NCBI GenBank assembly: GCA_025937235.1
Contig: JAICRU010000001.1
Coordinates: 7,516-71,515, forward strand
Direction: 5' to 3'
Length of the DNA: 64,000 nucleotides
Source: Acidimicrobiia bacterium
Lineage (GTDB): Bacteria > Actinomycetota > Acidimicrobiia > Spongiisociales > ZC4RG35
Shown: positions 1-8,893 of the stretch, one piece after another
Layout: each line of letters starts with the position of its first letter
Numbering within the stretch: position 1 is the stretch's first letter
The notes under the pieces: generated by a model
Seen by the model: only the letters and a program-made list of their open reading frames with translations
What the model was told of the DNA's origin: nothing
Databases searched by the model: none
Position numbers and translations under genes: made by a program

Positions 1-504
1 ACGCTGCTCGGCAGTGGTGTGGCGCTGGCAGCCGCCATCGGCACTGCCCTGGTGGTGAACGCACGCCATCTGATGTACTCGATGGCTCTGGCCCCCATCT
101 TCCAGAGACAGCCTCGGTGGTTCCGCTGGCTCGGCCCCTATCTGCTGATCGACCAGGTCTTCGCCCTGGTCACGATGAGCCCCGAGGATGACGCTGATCG
201 CTTTCGCACCTATTACCTGGCGGCCGGAGCGACGTTCTGGGTGCTCTGGCTGGCTGTGGTGGCACTCGGCCTTCTCATCGGCCCGGTGGTCCCCGAGGAA
301 TGGAACCTTGGATTCGCAATCCCGATCCTGTTCATCGGCTTGCTGGTGGTTGGGACCGAGAACTGGCCCGAGGTGGTGGCGGCGTTGGCCGCGGCGGCTG
401 TGACCTATCTCGCCGCAGGTCTCCCCAACCGGACAGGGCTCCTCGTCGGCTCTGTGGCGGGGGTGACCGCCGGCACCATCGCCGAGAGGGTACGTCGTGG
501 GTGA
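1..504 (+). CDS. azlC: AzlC-family branched-chain amino acid transport protein (5' end off-window)
   Basis: Frame of ORF 19..504 is open from base 1. Hydrophobic product with NARHLMYSMAL and LLIDQVFAL segments typical of AzlC. Overlaps the AzlD-like gene by 8 nt. Confidence 0.75.
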   Translation, partial: TLLGSGVALAAAIGTALVVNARHLMYSMALAPIFQRQPRWFRWLGPYLLIDQVFALVTMSPEDDADRFRTYYLAAGATFWVLWLAVVALGLLIGPVVPEEWNLGFAIPILFIGLLVVGTENWPEVVAALAAAAVTYLAAGLPNRTGLLVGSVAGVTAGTIAERVRRG

Positions 505-805
505 CCTGGCGGCAGTCGTGCTCGTTGGCGCCGGCACCTATTTGATGCGGGCTCTGTTCATCCTTGCCCTGGCCAAGAAGCGGATCCCCGAAACGGTCTT
601 GATCCCCCTTCGCTATATCGGCTCCGCGGTCCTCGCCGCACTGATAGTGGCCCTCCTCACCGACTCCGATGGCAAAGTGAGCATCGGGGTTCCCGAGGTG
701 TCCGGCTTCCTCGCCGGTGGGGTGGTGGCCTACCGCACGAGGAGCCAGGTCTGGACCTTGGTGGCCGGCATGGTGGTGTACTGGGTGGTGCGCTCCCTGT
801 TCTGA
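497..805 (+). CDS. azlD: AzlD-family branched-chain amino acid transport protein
   Basis: 102-aa small hydrophobic protein (GAGTYLMRALFILAL...), overlapping and immediately following azlC as in azlCD pairs. Confidence 0.75.
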   Translation: MGDLAAVVLVGAGTYLMRALFILALAKKRIPETVLIPLRYIGSAVLAALIVALLTDSDGKVSIGVPEVSGFLAGGVVAYRTRSQVWTLVAGMVVYWVVRSLF

Positions 806-913
806 GATCGCGAAGAAGTCCTCGGGATGATGGCGGCGGCGGGTAACCAGTTCTCATTACTTTGGGTCTCATTGGCGATGCCACTGCCCGGCATCCTCGA
901 ACTGGGAGGAGAA

Positions 914-2296
914 ATGACCGACACCGTCGATCGAACGGAGTCGAGAGGACCGGGGGGAGGGTCCGGTCTCGATTCCTACTTCAAGCTCAGTGAGCGAGGC
1001 ACATCCCTAGGCACCGAGATCCGTGCCGGTGTGACGACGTTCCTGGTGATGGCCTACATCATCTTCGTCAACCCCGCCATCCTCTCGGCGGCTGGATTCG
1101 ATGCCCCGGGTGTTGCCGCCGGCACTGCCCTGGTCGCCGGCCTGCTGTGCATCCTGATGGGGGTGGTCGCCAACTATCCCATCGCCATGGCCGCCGGCCT
1201 CGGCATCAACGGGGCGGTGGCGTTCGGGCTCGTGCTCAGCGACGGTCTGACCCCTGCCGGGGCAATGGGGGTGATCGTCCTCGAAGGCTTGATCGTGCTG
1301 GCGCTGGTCGTGGTCGGTCTCCGTGAGGCGATCATGCATGCCGTGCCTCTAGCCCTGAAGCGGGCCATCGGCGTGGGGATCGGGCTGTTCATCATGTTCA
1401 TCGGATTCGTCGATGCCGGTCTGATCCGACAACCCGAAGGTGATGGGCCGGTCCCTGTCGAATTCGTCTTCCCCAACAGCGCGGGAGCGTGGATGGCGCT
1501 GATCGGCCTCCTCATCACGGTGATCCTCTTCGTGAGGAAGGTGCCCGGTGCCCTGATCATCAGCATCCTTCTCACCGCCGCCCTCGGGCTGGTCATCGGG
1601 TTCACCGAGTTCCCGAGTGAGTTCACCGCCACCCCCAGCTTCGTCACACTCGGCGACTTCGACCTGGGCAATGTGTTCTCGACGCTGGGATTCGTGGCCG
1701 CGGCGCTGACCATTTTCAGCTTCATGCTCACCGACTTCTTCGACACCATCGGGACTGCGACCGCCATCGCGGAGCAAGCCGAGTTGACCGACGAGGAGGG
1801 AAACATCCCCGGCGTGGGCAAGCTGCTCTTTGTCGACTCGCTTGGCGCCGCCGCGGGTGGCGCGGCTGGGGTCAGTTCCAACACCAGCTACATCGAGAGC
1901 GCGGCGGGTGTGGCCGAAGGGGGGCGAACCGGTCTCACCTCAGTGGTGGTGGGCGTGCTGTTCCTGCTTGCGATCTTCCTCTCGCCCCTGGCCGCTCTGG
2001 TGCCGGTGCAAGCCGCAGCCCCTGTGCTCATCCTGATCGGGTTCCTCATGGCGGGCCTGTTGAAGGGGATCGATTTCGACGACATCGAGGAGGGTTTCCC
2101 GGCCTTGCTCACCCTGGTCCTCATGCCCCTGACCTTCAGCATCACCGTCGGCATCGGGGCCGGCTTCGTCATGTACGTGCTGATCAAGGTGATCAACGGC
2201 AAGGCGAATGAGGTCCATCCATTGATGTGGGTGGTGGCTATCGCCTTCCTCTTCTACTTCGGTCAGGCGGTGCTGGGCCAGGCCATCTCTGCCTGA
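914..2296 (+). CDS. NCS2-family purine (adenine/guanine/hypoxanthine) permease, AzgA/PurP-like
   Basis: LDSYFKLSERGTSLGTEIRAGVTTFLVMAYIIFVNPAILS is the typical N-terminus of this family, followed by a polytopic membrane protein. Start moved to ATG 914, preceded by GGAGGAG; the longest ORF starts at 827. Confidence 0.85.
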   Translation: MTDTVDRTESRGPGGGSGLDSYFKLSERGTSLGTEIRAGVTTFLVMAYIIFVNPAILSAAGFDAPGVAAGTALVAGLLCILMGVVANYPIAMAAGLGINGAVAFGLVLSDGLTPAGAMGVIVLEGLIVLALVVVGLREAIMHAVPLALKRAIGVGIGLFIMFIGFVDAGLIRQPEGDGPVPVEFVFPNSAGAWMALIGLLITVILFVRKVPGALIISILLTAALGLVIGFTEFPSEFTATPSFVTLGDFDLGNVFSTLGFVAAALTIFSFMLTDFFDTIGTATAIAEQAELTDEEGNIPGVGKLLFVDSLGAAAGGAAGVSSNTSYIESAAGVAEGGRTGLTSVVVGVLFLLAIFLSPLAALVPVQAAAPVLILIGFLMAGLLKGIDFDDIEEGFPALLTLVLMPLTFSITVGIGAGFVMYVLIKVINGKANEVHPLMWVVAIAFLFYFGQAVLGQAISA

Positions 2297-2308
2297 ACCG
2301 TCTGACGT

Positions 2309-2334
2309 GTGCGGGCGCCGAGGGGCGCCCGCAC
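2309..2334. terminator. Bidirectional stem-loop between convergent genes
   Basis: Perfect 11-bp inverted repeat GTGCGGGCGCC-gagg-GGCGCCCGCAC, lying between the stop of the permease (2296) and the stop of the minus-strand YihY gene (2340). Confidence 0.6.
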
Positions 2335-2339
2335 CTGGG

Positions 2340-3269
2340 TCAACCGATGGCCCCCGCTGTCTGGTCGCCGGCCTGATCTCGTTGCCAGATAGTGGCGTTC
2401 AGGGAGACCGAAGCCACCAACAAACGGCTGATGATGTAGAGCCAGGCCAGGAACACCCCGGCCAGCCCCAATCCCCCGTACAGGTCCGGGGCGCTCTCGA
2501 GTCTCGGCGCGAAGTAGACGAGCGTGGCCAGCCTGATGACCAGAAGCCCTGTGGTCATGAGAAGCGCCCCTGGGAGCAGGGCGGTCCAGGGGACATCGCC
2601 GGGGTGGGGGAGCAGCTCGAAGATGAGCAAGTGCATTCCGGTCACGCAGACGATGGCCAGGCCGAGCACGAGAAGGTCGACGTACCACGGCCTGCCCAGG
2701 AACTGGTTTCTCGCCCACTGCACTCCCAGGATGGCCACCACGAATCCGATCACGGCCAGCGATCCGTACATCTTCCGCATCGGCGGGGGTTTCTCCATGC
2801 GCCAGGCCAATCGGCTGGTGAGGGCCAGGGCCCGCACCACGCCGAGACCCGCCCAGAGCAGCAGGACGAGCCCCAAGCCTGCCAGGTACCACCTCGCCCG
2901 GCTCGAGGCCTCGACCGCCTCGCCGATCATGCCGGCGAGGACGGCCGTGAGACCCGAATCACGGGCCACGTCGTCGGCCGGCCGATCGAAACGCTCGGCA
3001 ACGGTCCCGAAGAGGGCGACGAAGGAGAGGGCGAACGGGAGGAACCAGAGGAACAGCTTGACCGAGAGCCCGCCGGCGAGGAGGCTCCCGGCGAACGCCT
3101 GGTCTCTCCTGTAGAAGTCGAAGGCGACCCGCACGCTGGGGCGACGACCGCGTTCTTCCTCGAGACGATCCAGAGCCTTGACCTTGTACCCCTCGTAGCG
3201 GTTTCTCAGCCGCTCGAGAAGCCCGGGTGAGCCCTGGTCGCTTCCCGGTGTGGCGGTCGTGTCGGGCAC
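2340..3269 (-). CDS. YihY/BrkB-family membrane protein
   Basis: 309 aa with FDFYRRDQAFAGSLLAGGLSVKLFLWFLPFAL and multiple TM segments, characteristic of the YihY (formerly 'ribonuclease BN-like') family. Confidence 0.75.
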   Translation of the reverse strand: MPDTTATPGSDQGSPGLLERLRNRYEGYKVKALDRLEEERGRRPSVRVAFDFYRRDQAFAGSLLAGGLSVKLFLWFLPFALSFVALFGTVAERFDRPADDVARDSGLTAVLAGMIGEAVEASSRARWYLAGLGLVLLLWAGLGVVRALALTSRLAWRMEKPPPMRKMYGSLAVIGFVVAILGVQWARNQFLGRPWYVDLLVLGLAIVCVTGMHLLIFELLPHPGDVPWTALLPGALLMTTGLLVIRLATLVYFAPRLESAPDLYGGLGLAGVFLAWLYIISRLLVASVSLNATIWQRDQAGDQTAGAIG

Positions 3270-3318
3270 CCCGTGAAGATACCCGGGAGTCAGCAGCGGA
3301 TCGGGGCCCGCGGCCGGA

Positions 3319-4410
3319 TCAGCGAGGAGTGACGCAGTCGTCCATCGAGCGGGGTGGGGAATCGGGGTCGTAGAGCTCGGGCTCCGGCTCGGCTATGGGA
3401 TAGTCGTCAGTGAGGACGAAGCGCACGAGGGCGCGGTACACGCCTTCGGCATAGGCTTGGCGGAAGGCGCCGGTGGCGATCAGCTCCTCCTCCGATGGGT
3501 TGGAGATGTATGCCCCTTCGATGATCGCAGCCGGGACCTCGGACAAGGCCAGGATGGAGTAGTAATCCTCGCCGTTGGCGTCGACCCTGGCCACGAGGCT
3601 CCTTTGGCCGCCCACCCAGTCCGCCTCGAAACCGGCCAGGGATCGTCTCACCTCGTCGACGAGGAGCCCACCCAGACGTGGTGACTCCTCGTTGGCGACG
3701 GAGACGTATGCCGATGTGCCCGGGCCTTCCGTGTCATGGGTGGGCTGGGTGTTGTGGTGAATCGACACGAGCGCCGTCGCGTCCACGGCATTGCCCAGTT
3801 CGGCGCGGAAGGTGAGCCCCAGCTCGTAGTCACCCCGATTGGGCCCGTCTGTCGACCTGGTCGATACGGCCACGGCCGCGGCGTGATAGGTGGTGCCGGG
3901 GGTGACCGATCCCGACACCCAGTCGATGTCCCGCGACTCAGACAGGAGCTCGATGACCCGTGACGAGACGTCGATGTTGGCCTCGGCCTCCGTCAGGCCA
4001 CCAGGCCCGACCGCTCCGAGGTCGGGAGCACCGTGCCCGGGGTCGATCACGAAGACCGACCCGCCCATGTCTTCGCCCTTGGCGATGGGGACGATCCCGG
4101 ACTCGACGTCGTTTGCAGCGACCCATCCGGTGCGGTTGCAGTTGTCGAGCACCTCGAGTGCTCCCGACTGCTCGCCGGAAACAGGGAAGATGAGGTTGGC
4201 GGCGACCCGAGTGCCCGCTACCCCCGGCTGGGGCGAGAGGGTCGTCCCTTGGCGGGTGACGACATAGCCCACCCGGCCCTGGCCGGCAGGCAGTGAGGTG
4301 CCATCAGGCCCTGCCTCGGGGAGAGGCTCGTCGAGGAGACGCCAGGCCAAGACGCCTCCGAAGAGGACCAGCACCACGAGGATGACCGCGACGAGGCGGG
4401 TGGATCTCAA
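3319..4410 (-). CDS. N-acetylmuramoyl-L-alanine amidase (Amidase_3) with N-terminal membrane anchor
   Basis: C-terminal half has VFVIDPGHGAPDLGAVG, ...LVSIHHN... and ...AAIIEGAYISNPSEE..., typical of AmiA/CwlD-type amidases. The longest ORF (to 5076) overlaps the plus-strand cyclase gene, so the start is set at in-frame TTG 4410, just before the TM helix LVAVILVVLVLFGGVLAW. Confidence 0.75.
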   Translation of the reverse strand: MRSTRLVAVILVVLVLFGGVLAWRLLDEPLPEAGPDGTSLPAGQGRVGYVVTRQGTTLSPQPGVAGTRVAANLIFPVSGEQSGALEVLDNCNRTGWVAANDVESGIVPIAKGEDMGGSVFVIDPGHGAPDLGAVGPGGLTEAEANIDVSSRVIELLSESRDIDWVSGSVTPGTTYHAAAVAVSTRSTDGPNRGDYELGLTFRAELGNAVDATALVSIHHNTQPTHDTEGPGTSAYVSVANEESPRLGGLLVDEVRRSLAGFEADWVGGQRSLVARVDANGEDYYSILALSEVPAAIIEGAYISNPSEEELIATGAFRQAYAEGVYRALVRFVLTDDYPIAEPEPELYDPDSPPRSMDDCVTPR

Positions 4411-4518
4411 GACAAGGCTGACAGCAGGGGAGCCACAGCACAGCAGATCGTTGGCCAAAAGCAAAAGTGCGGCGGTCGGACACGACTCATCTCGTGCTGA
4501 CCCATCTACCGTTCTCCC

Positions 4519-5343
4519 ATGGCAACCCTCGACGCCAAGAAGCGGGCCAGCCTCCCCAACAGTGCCTTCGCCTACATCGACTCCAAGGGCAATCGACGAC
4601 TGCCGATCAACGACGAGGCTCACGTCCGTAACGCCCTCTCGCGGTTCAATCAGGTCAAGTTCGAGAGCGACGAGGCGCGGGAGAAGGCGTTCCGGAGATT
4701 GCTCAAGGCCGCCACCGACTACGGGATCGCCCCGGTCGGATTCGTCACCCGCCGGTTGCGCGAGGCCTCGCAGTCGGGCTCCGCCGACCTGCCTACCGGG
4801 TTGGTCACCCTGCTCCTCACCGACATCGAGGCGTCGACCGGGCTGGTCCGAGAGTTGGGGGACGGGTACCCCGCGCTGCTCGCCGCGGTGCGGGACTTGA
4901 TCAGAAACGCGATCGGTGCCCACGGTGGATATGAGGTCGACGCCCGCGCCGACGAGTTCTTCGCCGCTCACGCGCGGGCCCGCGACGCCCTCGATGCCGC
5001 CATCGAGATCCAGAAGGGTTTGGAAGCGGAGTCCTGGCCGGGCGGGCGTCGCATCCGCGTTCGCATTGGCCTCCATAGCGGCAGCCCGTCGGTCACCGAC
5101 ACGGGCTATGTGGGCCTACCGGTTCATGTGATGGCGCGGGTGTGCAGCGCCGGGCACGGTGGCCAGATCCTGGTCAGTTCAGCCACCCGTGATGAGCTCG
5201 GCGAGCTTCCCATTCAAGTCAGCCTGGAGTCTCTCGGTGCTGTCTCACTTCACGGGATTCCCGAGCCAGAGGAGCTGTATCAGGTCGTGGCTCCGGGGCT
5301 GCAGCGTGACTTCCCCAGATTGCGAGTTGCCGAGACGGAGTGA
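4519..5343 (+). CDS. Class III adenylate/guanylate cyclase-domain protein with DUF6582-like N-terminal domain
   Basis: N-terminus LPNSAFAYIDSKGNRRLPINDEAHVRNALSRFNQVKF. The C-terminal ~190 aa has the cyclase pattern LLLTDIEASTGL...ADEFFAAH...RIGLHSG...GLPVHVMARV...GGQILVS. Confidence 0.75.
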   Translation: MATLDAKKRASLPNSAFAYIDSKGNRRLPINDEAHVRNALSRFNQVKFESDEAREKAFRRLLKAATDYGIAPVGFVTRRLREASQSGSADLPTGLVTLLLTDIEASTGLVRELGDGYPALLAAVRDLIRNAIGAHGGYEVDARADEFFAAHARARDALDAAIEIQKGLEAESWPGGRRIRVRIGLHSGSPSVTDTGYVGLPVHVMARVCSAGHGGQILVSSATRDELGELPIQVSLESLGAVSLHGIPEPEELYQVVAPGLQRDFPRLRVAETE

Positions 5344-5454
5344 CCCGGACCGCCGGCTATATGGCCCGCATACCGTTGTTGCGAGTGCAGCCGTCATCCT
5401 TCCCCTCTCGTCGAGGTCGAGCCTATCCCACCGGCATCCACACCCGCATGGTGG

Positions 5455-5997
5455 AAGGGCCGGGGCTACGGCGCGGCCCTCTCCATGATCCTGGCGCTGA
5501 TCATCCTCGGGTTCACGGTTGTCCAGATGATCCTGACCAGACGGAGCGAGCGATGACCGCCGTCTCTGTTCCGACGCAGACCGGGATCCTCGATCCGGAG
5601 CTCGGCCCTCCCGTCGGCACCCGTGAGCCGGGCCGGTCCTGGTCAGGCCGCACCAAGTATCTCCTGGGGGGGTGTCGATCGTCATCTGCGTCATGATGGT
5701 GACCCCGATCGTGCTCTCGATCTCGGCCTCGTTGAAGACCACCGAAGAGGCGGCCGCGGTGCCGCCGACCTATTTCCCGAGCGAGCCGAGCACGGACAAC
5801 TACCAGAAGCTCTGGGACTACGGGAGTAAAGGCTGCCTCGATACCTGGGCAACAGCATCATCACGGCGGCCCTGACTGTCGCCATGACCCTGGCCCTCGC
5901 CATCCCTGCCGGGTCCGGCCGGGCCCGGTTCCCCATACCGGGCAAGGAGGTGATCTTCGTCTTCTTGCCATGTCCGGGCTGCTCACCGGGGCGGTGA
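5455..5997 (+). pseudogene. Remnants of two carbohydrate-type ABC permease genes (3' stub of one; frameshifted, truncated second)
   Basis: 5464..5556 encodes only the C-terminal tail GYGAALSMILALIILGFTVVQMILTRRSER*. An ATGA-overlapped second gene (5553) then needs three frames to read MTAV... / ...VTPIVLSISASLKTTEEAAAVPPTYFPSEPSTDNYQKLWDYG / RYLGNSIITAALTVAMTLALAIPAG..RARFPIPGKEVIFVFL, and stops early. Confidence 0.65.
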
Positions 5998-6010
5998 AGT
6001 AGGGGGCTTC

Positions 6011-6274
6011 TCAGTCCTCTTCGTCGGTCTCGATCCCGAGGGCCACCAAGATCCGGTGTCTTTCCTCGGTGAAATGGGCCTCGCTGACCAGGTCGGCCGC
6101 GTACCGATCGTTGAGATCGGCGAACTCCTCGAGCAGGACGGTTTCATCGTCCGTGGCCAGTTTGGTCACCGCCTCGCTGCGAGCCTCCTGGCGCTCCTGC
6201 TTGTCCTCCCTCTTCTGCTGCCGGGCAAGCTCTCGCGACCGCTTGGCCATGGCCTCACGCCCTCGTTTGGCCAT
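6011..6274 (-). CDS. Small charged hypothetical protein (87 aa)
   Basis: GC-rich third positions consistent with coding. Lys/Arg/Glu-rich N-terminus and acidic C-terminus. No family recognised. Confidence 0.45.
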   Translation of the reverse strand: MAKRGREAMAKRSRELARQQKREDKQERQEARSEAVTKLATDDETVLLEEFADLNDRYAADLVSEAHFTEERHRILVALGIETDEED

Positions 6275-6584
6275 GTCAGGCCAAATCCGGTGGCTGAGAG
6301 CGTTGGAGCATGAAAGGGCCCTTCGTGGCGGTGCTTCATGACCCTAACCCTCATCGGAGCTTGTGCGAGGTCTTCCGTCTCTCGGCACAGGGGCGTCGAC
6401 CCGCTATCATGAGGACCACAGCGCACGCCTGATGCGTGCTGCGCCTTCTTCGCTACTTCGTTCCGTCGGGTGAAGTCACCGTAGGGCACACGCCGAGACT
6501 CCCCGCAAACACGCGATCGGATCCCGGGATGTCTGCCGGACGGGGCGTGAGCAATACGACGGCACGAGCTCAAAGGAGCATGCA

Positions 6585-6839
6585 ATGTCCACCAACATCT
6601 ATGTCGGAAATCTCACCTTCGACACCGACTCCCGACGTCTCGAGGGTCTCTTTGCCGAGCACGGCACAGTGACCAAGGCCCAGGTGATCACCGATCGGGA
6701 CACCGGTCGCTCACGTGGGTTTGGGTTCGTCGAGATGGATTCGCCAGAGTCGGCCCAGAAGGCGATATCGGCTCTCGATGGCAAGGACCTCGGCGGTCGT
6801 CAGTTGACCGTGAACCTGGCCAAAGAGCGCTCCCGTTGA
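6585..6839 (+). CDS. RRM-type RNA-binding protein
   Basis: RNP-2 IYVGNL and RNP-1 RGFGFVEM motifs in an 84-aa protein. AAGGAG lies 8 nt upstream of the ATG. Confidence 0.9.
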   Translation: MSTNIYVGNLTFDTDSRRLEGLFAEHGTVTKAQVITDRDTGRSRGFGFVEMDSPESAQKAISALDGKDLGGRQLTVNLAKERSR

Positions 6840-7093
6840 TCCAAGCCGTCCCCAAGCCGAGACGCGACGGGGCGAAGAAAAGGGCGGACCGGTGCACCGG
6901 ATGCGGCCATCCCCTCAAGGAGCACCGTCAAACGCTGTGCACCGTCCCCCGTTGTCCCTGCCAGATGACCACGGCGACGGTGGCGCCCCCAGCCCCGGCT
7001 AGCTGAGTCACCCGAGGCCGGTGACGTCGTCATGACGACCGGGGCACATCCCGTTTCATCGCAAACGATTGCTGCCCTAGACTCGCTCCGGAG

Positions 7094-8893
7094 ATGACCG
7101 TAGCTCCCGGCACCGACCGCATCGGTGACGATCTCACCTTCAGCCACGAGGCGGACGGGATGAGGATCGACTACCAGGTGCCGGTGAAGATGGCCGATGG
7201 GGCGGTGCTGCGGGCGGATGTCTTCCGACCCGTCGCCAACGGCCGGTACCCGGTCATCCTCACTCACGGCGTCTATGCCAAAGGTCTCCCGTTCAACGGC
7301 CCGATCTACCAGATGCAGTGGGACAAGCTGGTGGCCAAGGACCCCAGCGTCCTCGAGGGATCGACCAACAGGTATCAGGCCTGGGAGGTCACCGACCCGG
7401 AGCGCTGGGTCCCCCACGGATATGCCCTGGCCCGTGTCGACTCGCGCGGCGCCGGCTGGTCGCCGGGATTGCTCTGGCCCCGCAACCCCCAGGAGTTCGA
7501 CGACATCGCCGATTCGGTCGAATGGGCGGGCATTCAGCCCTGGAGCAGCGGGCGGGTGGGGATCCTCGGCATCTCGTACTACGCAGTCATGGGCTGGGCC
7601 GCGGCCGAGCGCCAGCCCGAGCACCTGACTGCCTTGATCGCATGGGAGGGTTTCACGGACTCGTATCGCGACGCCTATTACCACGGCGGGATACTCAGCG
7701 AGTTCACCAAGCGTTGGCAGGAGCGCCAGATCAACCCGATCCAGTACGGCCAGGGCGATCGGGCGCCGGTCAACCCCAATACCGGCCAGTCCGTGGCCGG
7801 GCCGGTCACACTGTCCGAGGAGGAGCTGGAGGCCAATCGCAACGAGTCTTTCCCCGAGATAAAGGGTCACCCGTTGTTCGACGACTGGCACAGGGCACGC
7901 GCCGTCGACCTCTCCAAGGTTCAGATCCCGTTCCTGTCCGCCGCCAACTGGGGGGGACAGGGGATTCACCCCCGAGGCAACTTCAACGGATTCGTCCAGG
8001 CGAGCTCGGAGCAGAAATGGTTGGAGGCGCATGGCGACACCCACTGGACCCACTTCTATTCGTCCTACGGCCGAGATCTACAGAAGCGGTTCTTCGATCA
8101 CTTCCTGAAAGGTGAGGAGAACGGGTTCGACCGCACCCCGAGAGTGCAACTGAATGTCCGGCACCCGGGGGAGCACTTCGTCTGGCGTGGTGAGGACGAG
8201 TGGCCTTTGGCCAGGACGATCTGGTCCAAGTATCACCTGCAGGCGGATATGGGCCTGAGCGACGAGTCTGCCGAGGAGCAGGGCCGACTCGAATACGAGG
8301 CTCTGGGCGAGGGACTCCGCTTCACCACCGCCCCGTTCACGGCCCAGACCGAGATCACCGGGCCGCTGGCCGCCAAGCTCTTCGTCTCATCCACCACCAC
8401 CGACGCCGATGTCTTCCTCATCGTCCAGCTATTCGACCCAGATGGCGTGGAAGTGACCTTCGAGGGCTCGACCGACCCAAACACCCCGATCGCCAACGGC
8501 TGGCTGCGGGCCAGTCACCGCGCCCTCGACCCGGCACGCTCCCGGCCGTGGCAGCCGTTTCACCCGCACGACCGGGTCGAGCCACTCGAGCCGGGGGAGA
8601 CATACGAGCTCGACATCGAGATAGTCCCCACCTGCATCGTGGTTCCCGAGGGATATCGTCTGGTTCTCTGGGTGAGGGGACGTGACTACGAGTACCGCGG
8701 GCCCCTGGACGAATACGGTCAGAGCTTCTACTACGCCACCAGGGGCACAGGAGGGATGACCCATGCCGATCCCGACGACCGCCCGGAAGATGTCTTTGGT
8801 GGCAAGGTGACCATCCACGTCGGGCCGGAACACCCCTCTCACCTTCTTCTTCCCGTGGTACCCAGACGCCCCGGCGAGGAGGAGCAGAGATGA
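7094..8893 (+). CDS. CocE/NonD-family hydrolase (S15 X-Pro dipeptidyl-peptidase-like)
   Basis: PVILTHGVYAKG...YALARVDSRGAGWSPG...GISYYAVMGW (nucleophile elbow), followed by the family's long C-terminal beta-sandwich region. Confidence 0.85.
   Translation: MTVAPGTDRIGDDLTFSHEADGMRIDYQVPVKMADGAVLRADVFRPVANGRYPVILTHGVYAKGLPFNGPIYQMQWDKLVAKDPSVLEGSTNRYQAWEVTDPERWVPHGYALARVDSRGAGWSPGLLWPRNPQEFDDIADSVEWAGIQPWSSGRVGILGISYYAVMGWAAAERQPEHLTALIAWEGFTDSYRDAYYHGGILSEFTKRWQERQINPIQYGQGDRAPVNPNTGQSVAGPVTLSEEELEANRNESFPEIKGHPLFDDWHRARAVDLSKVQIPFLSAANWGGQGIHPRGNFNGFVQASSEQKWLEAHGDTHWTHFYSSYGRDLQKRFFDHFLKGEENGFDRTPRVQLNVRHPGEHFVWRGEDEWPLARTIWSKYHLQADMGLSDESAEEQGRLEYEALGEGLRFTTAPFTAQTEITGPLAAKLFVSSTTTDADVFLIVQLFDPDGVEVTFEGSTDPNTPIANGWLRASHRALDPARSRPWQPFHPHDRVEPLEPGETYELDIEIVPTCIVVPEGYRLVLWVRGRDYEYRGPLDEYGQSFYYATRGTGGMTHADPDDRPEDVFGGKVTIHVGPEHPSHLLLPVVPRRPGEEEQR

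Noticed and set aside
4411-5076. N-terminal 222-aa extension of the amidase ORF (3319..5076).
   Set aside because: The extension has no amidase-related sequence and is Gly/Arg/Asp-rich. It fully overlaps the well-supported plus-strand cyclase gene. A TTG start just before the membrane anchor gives a normal architecture.
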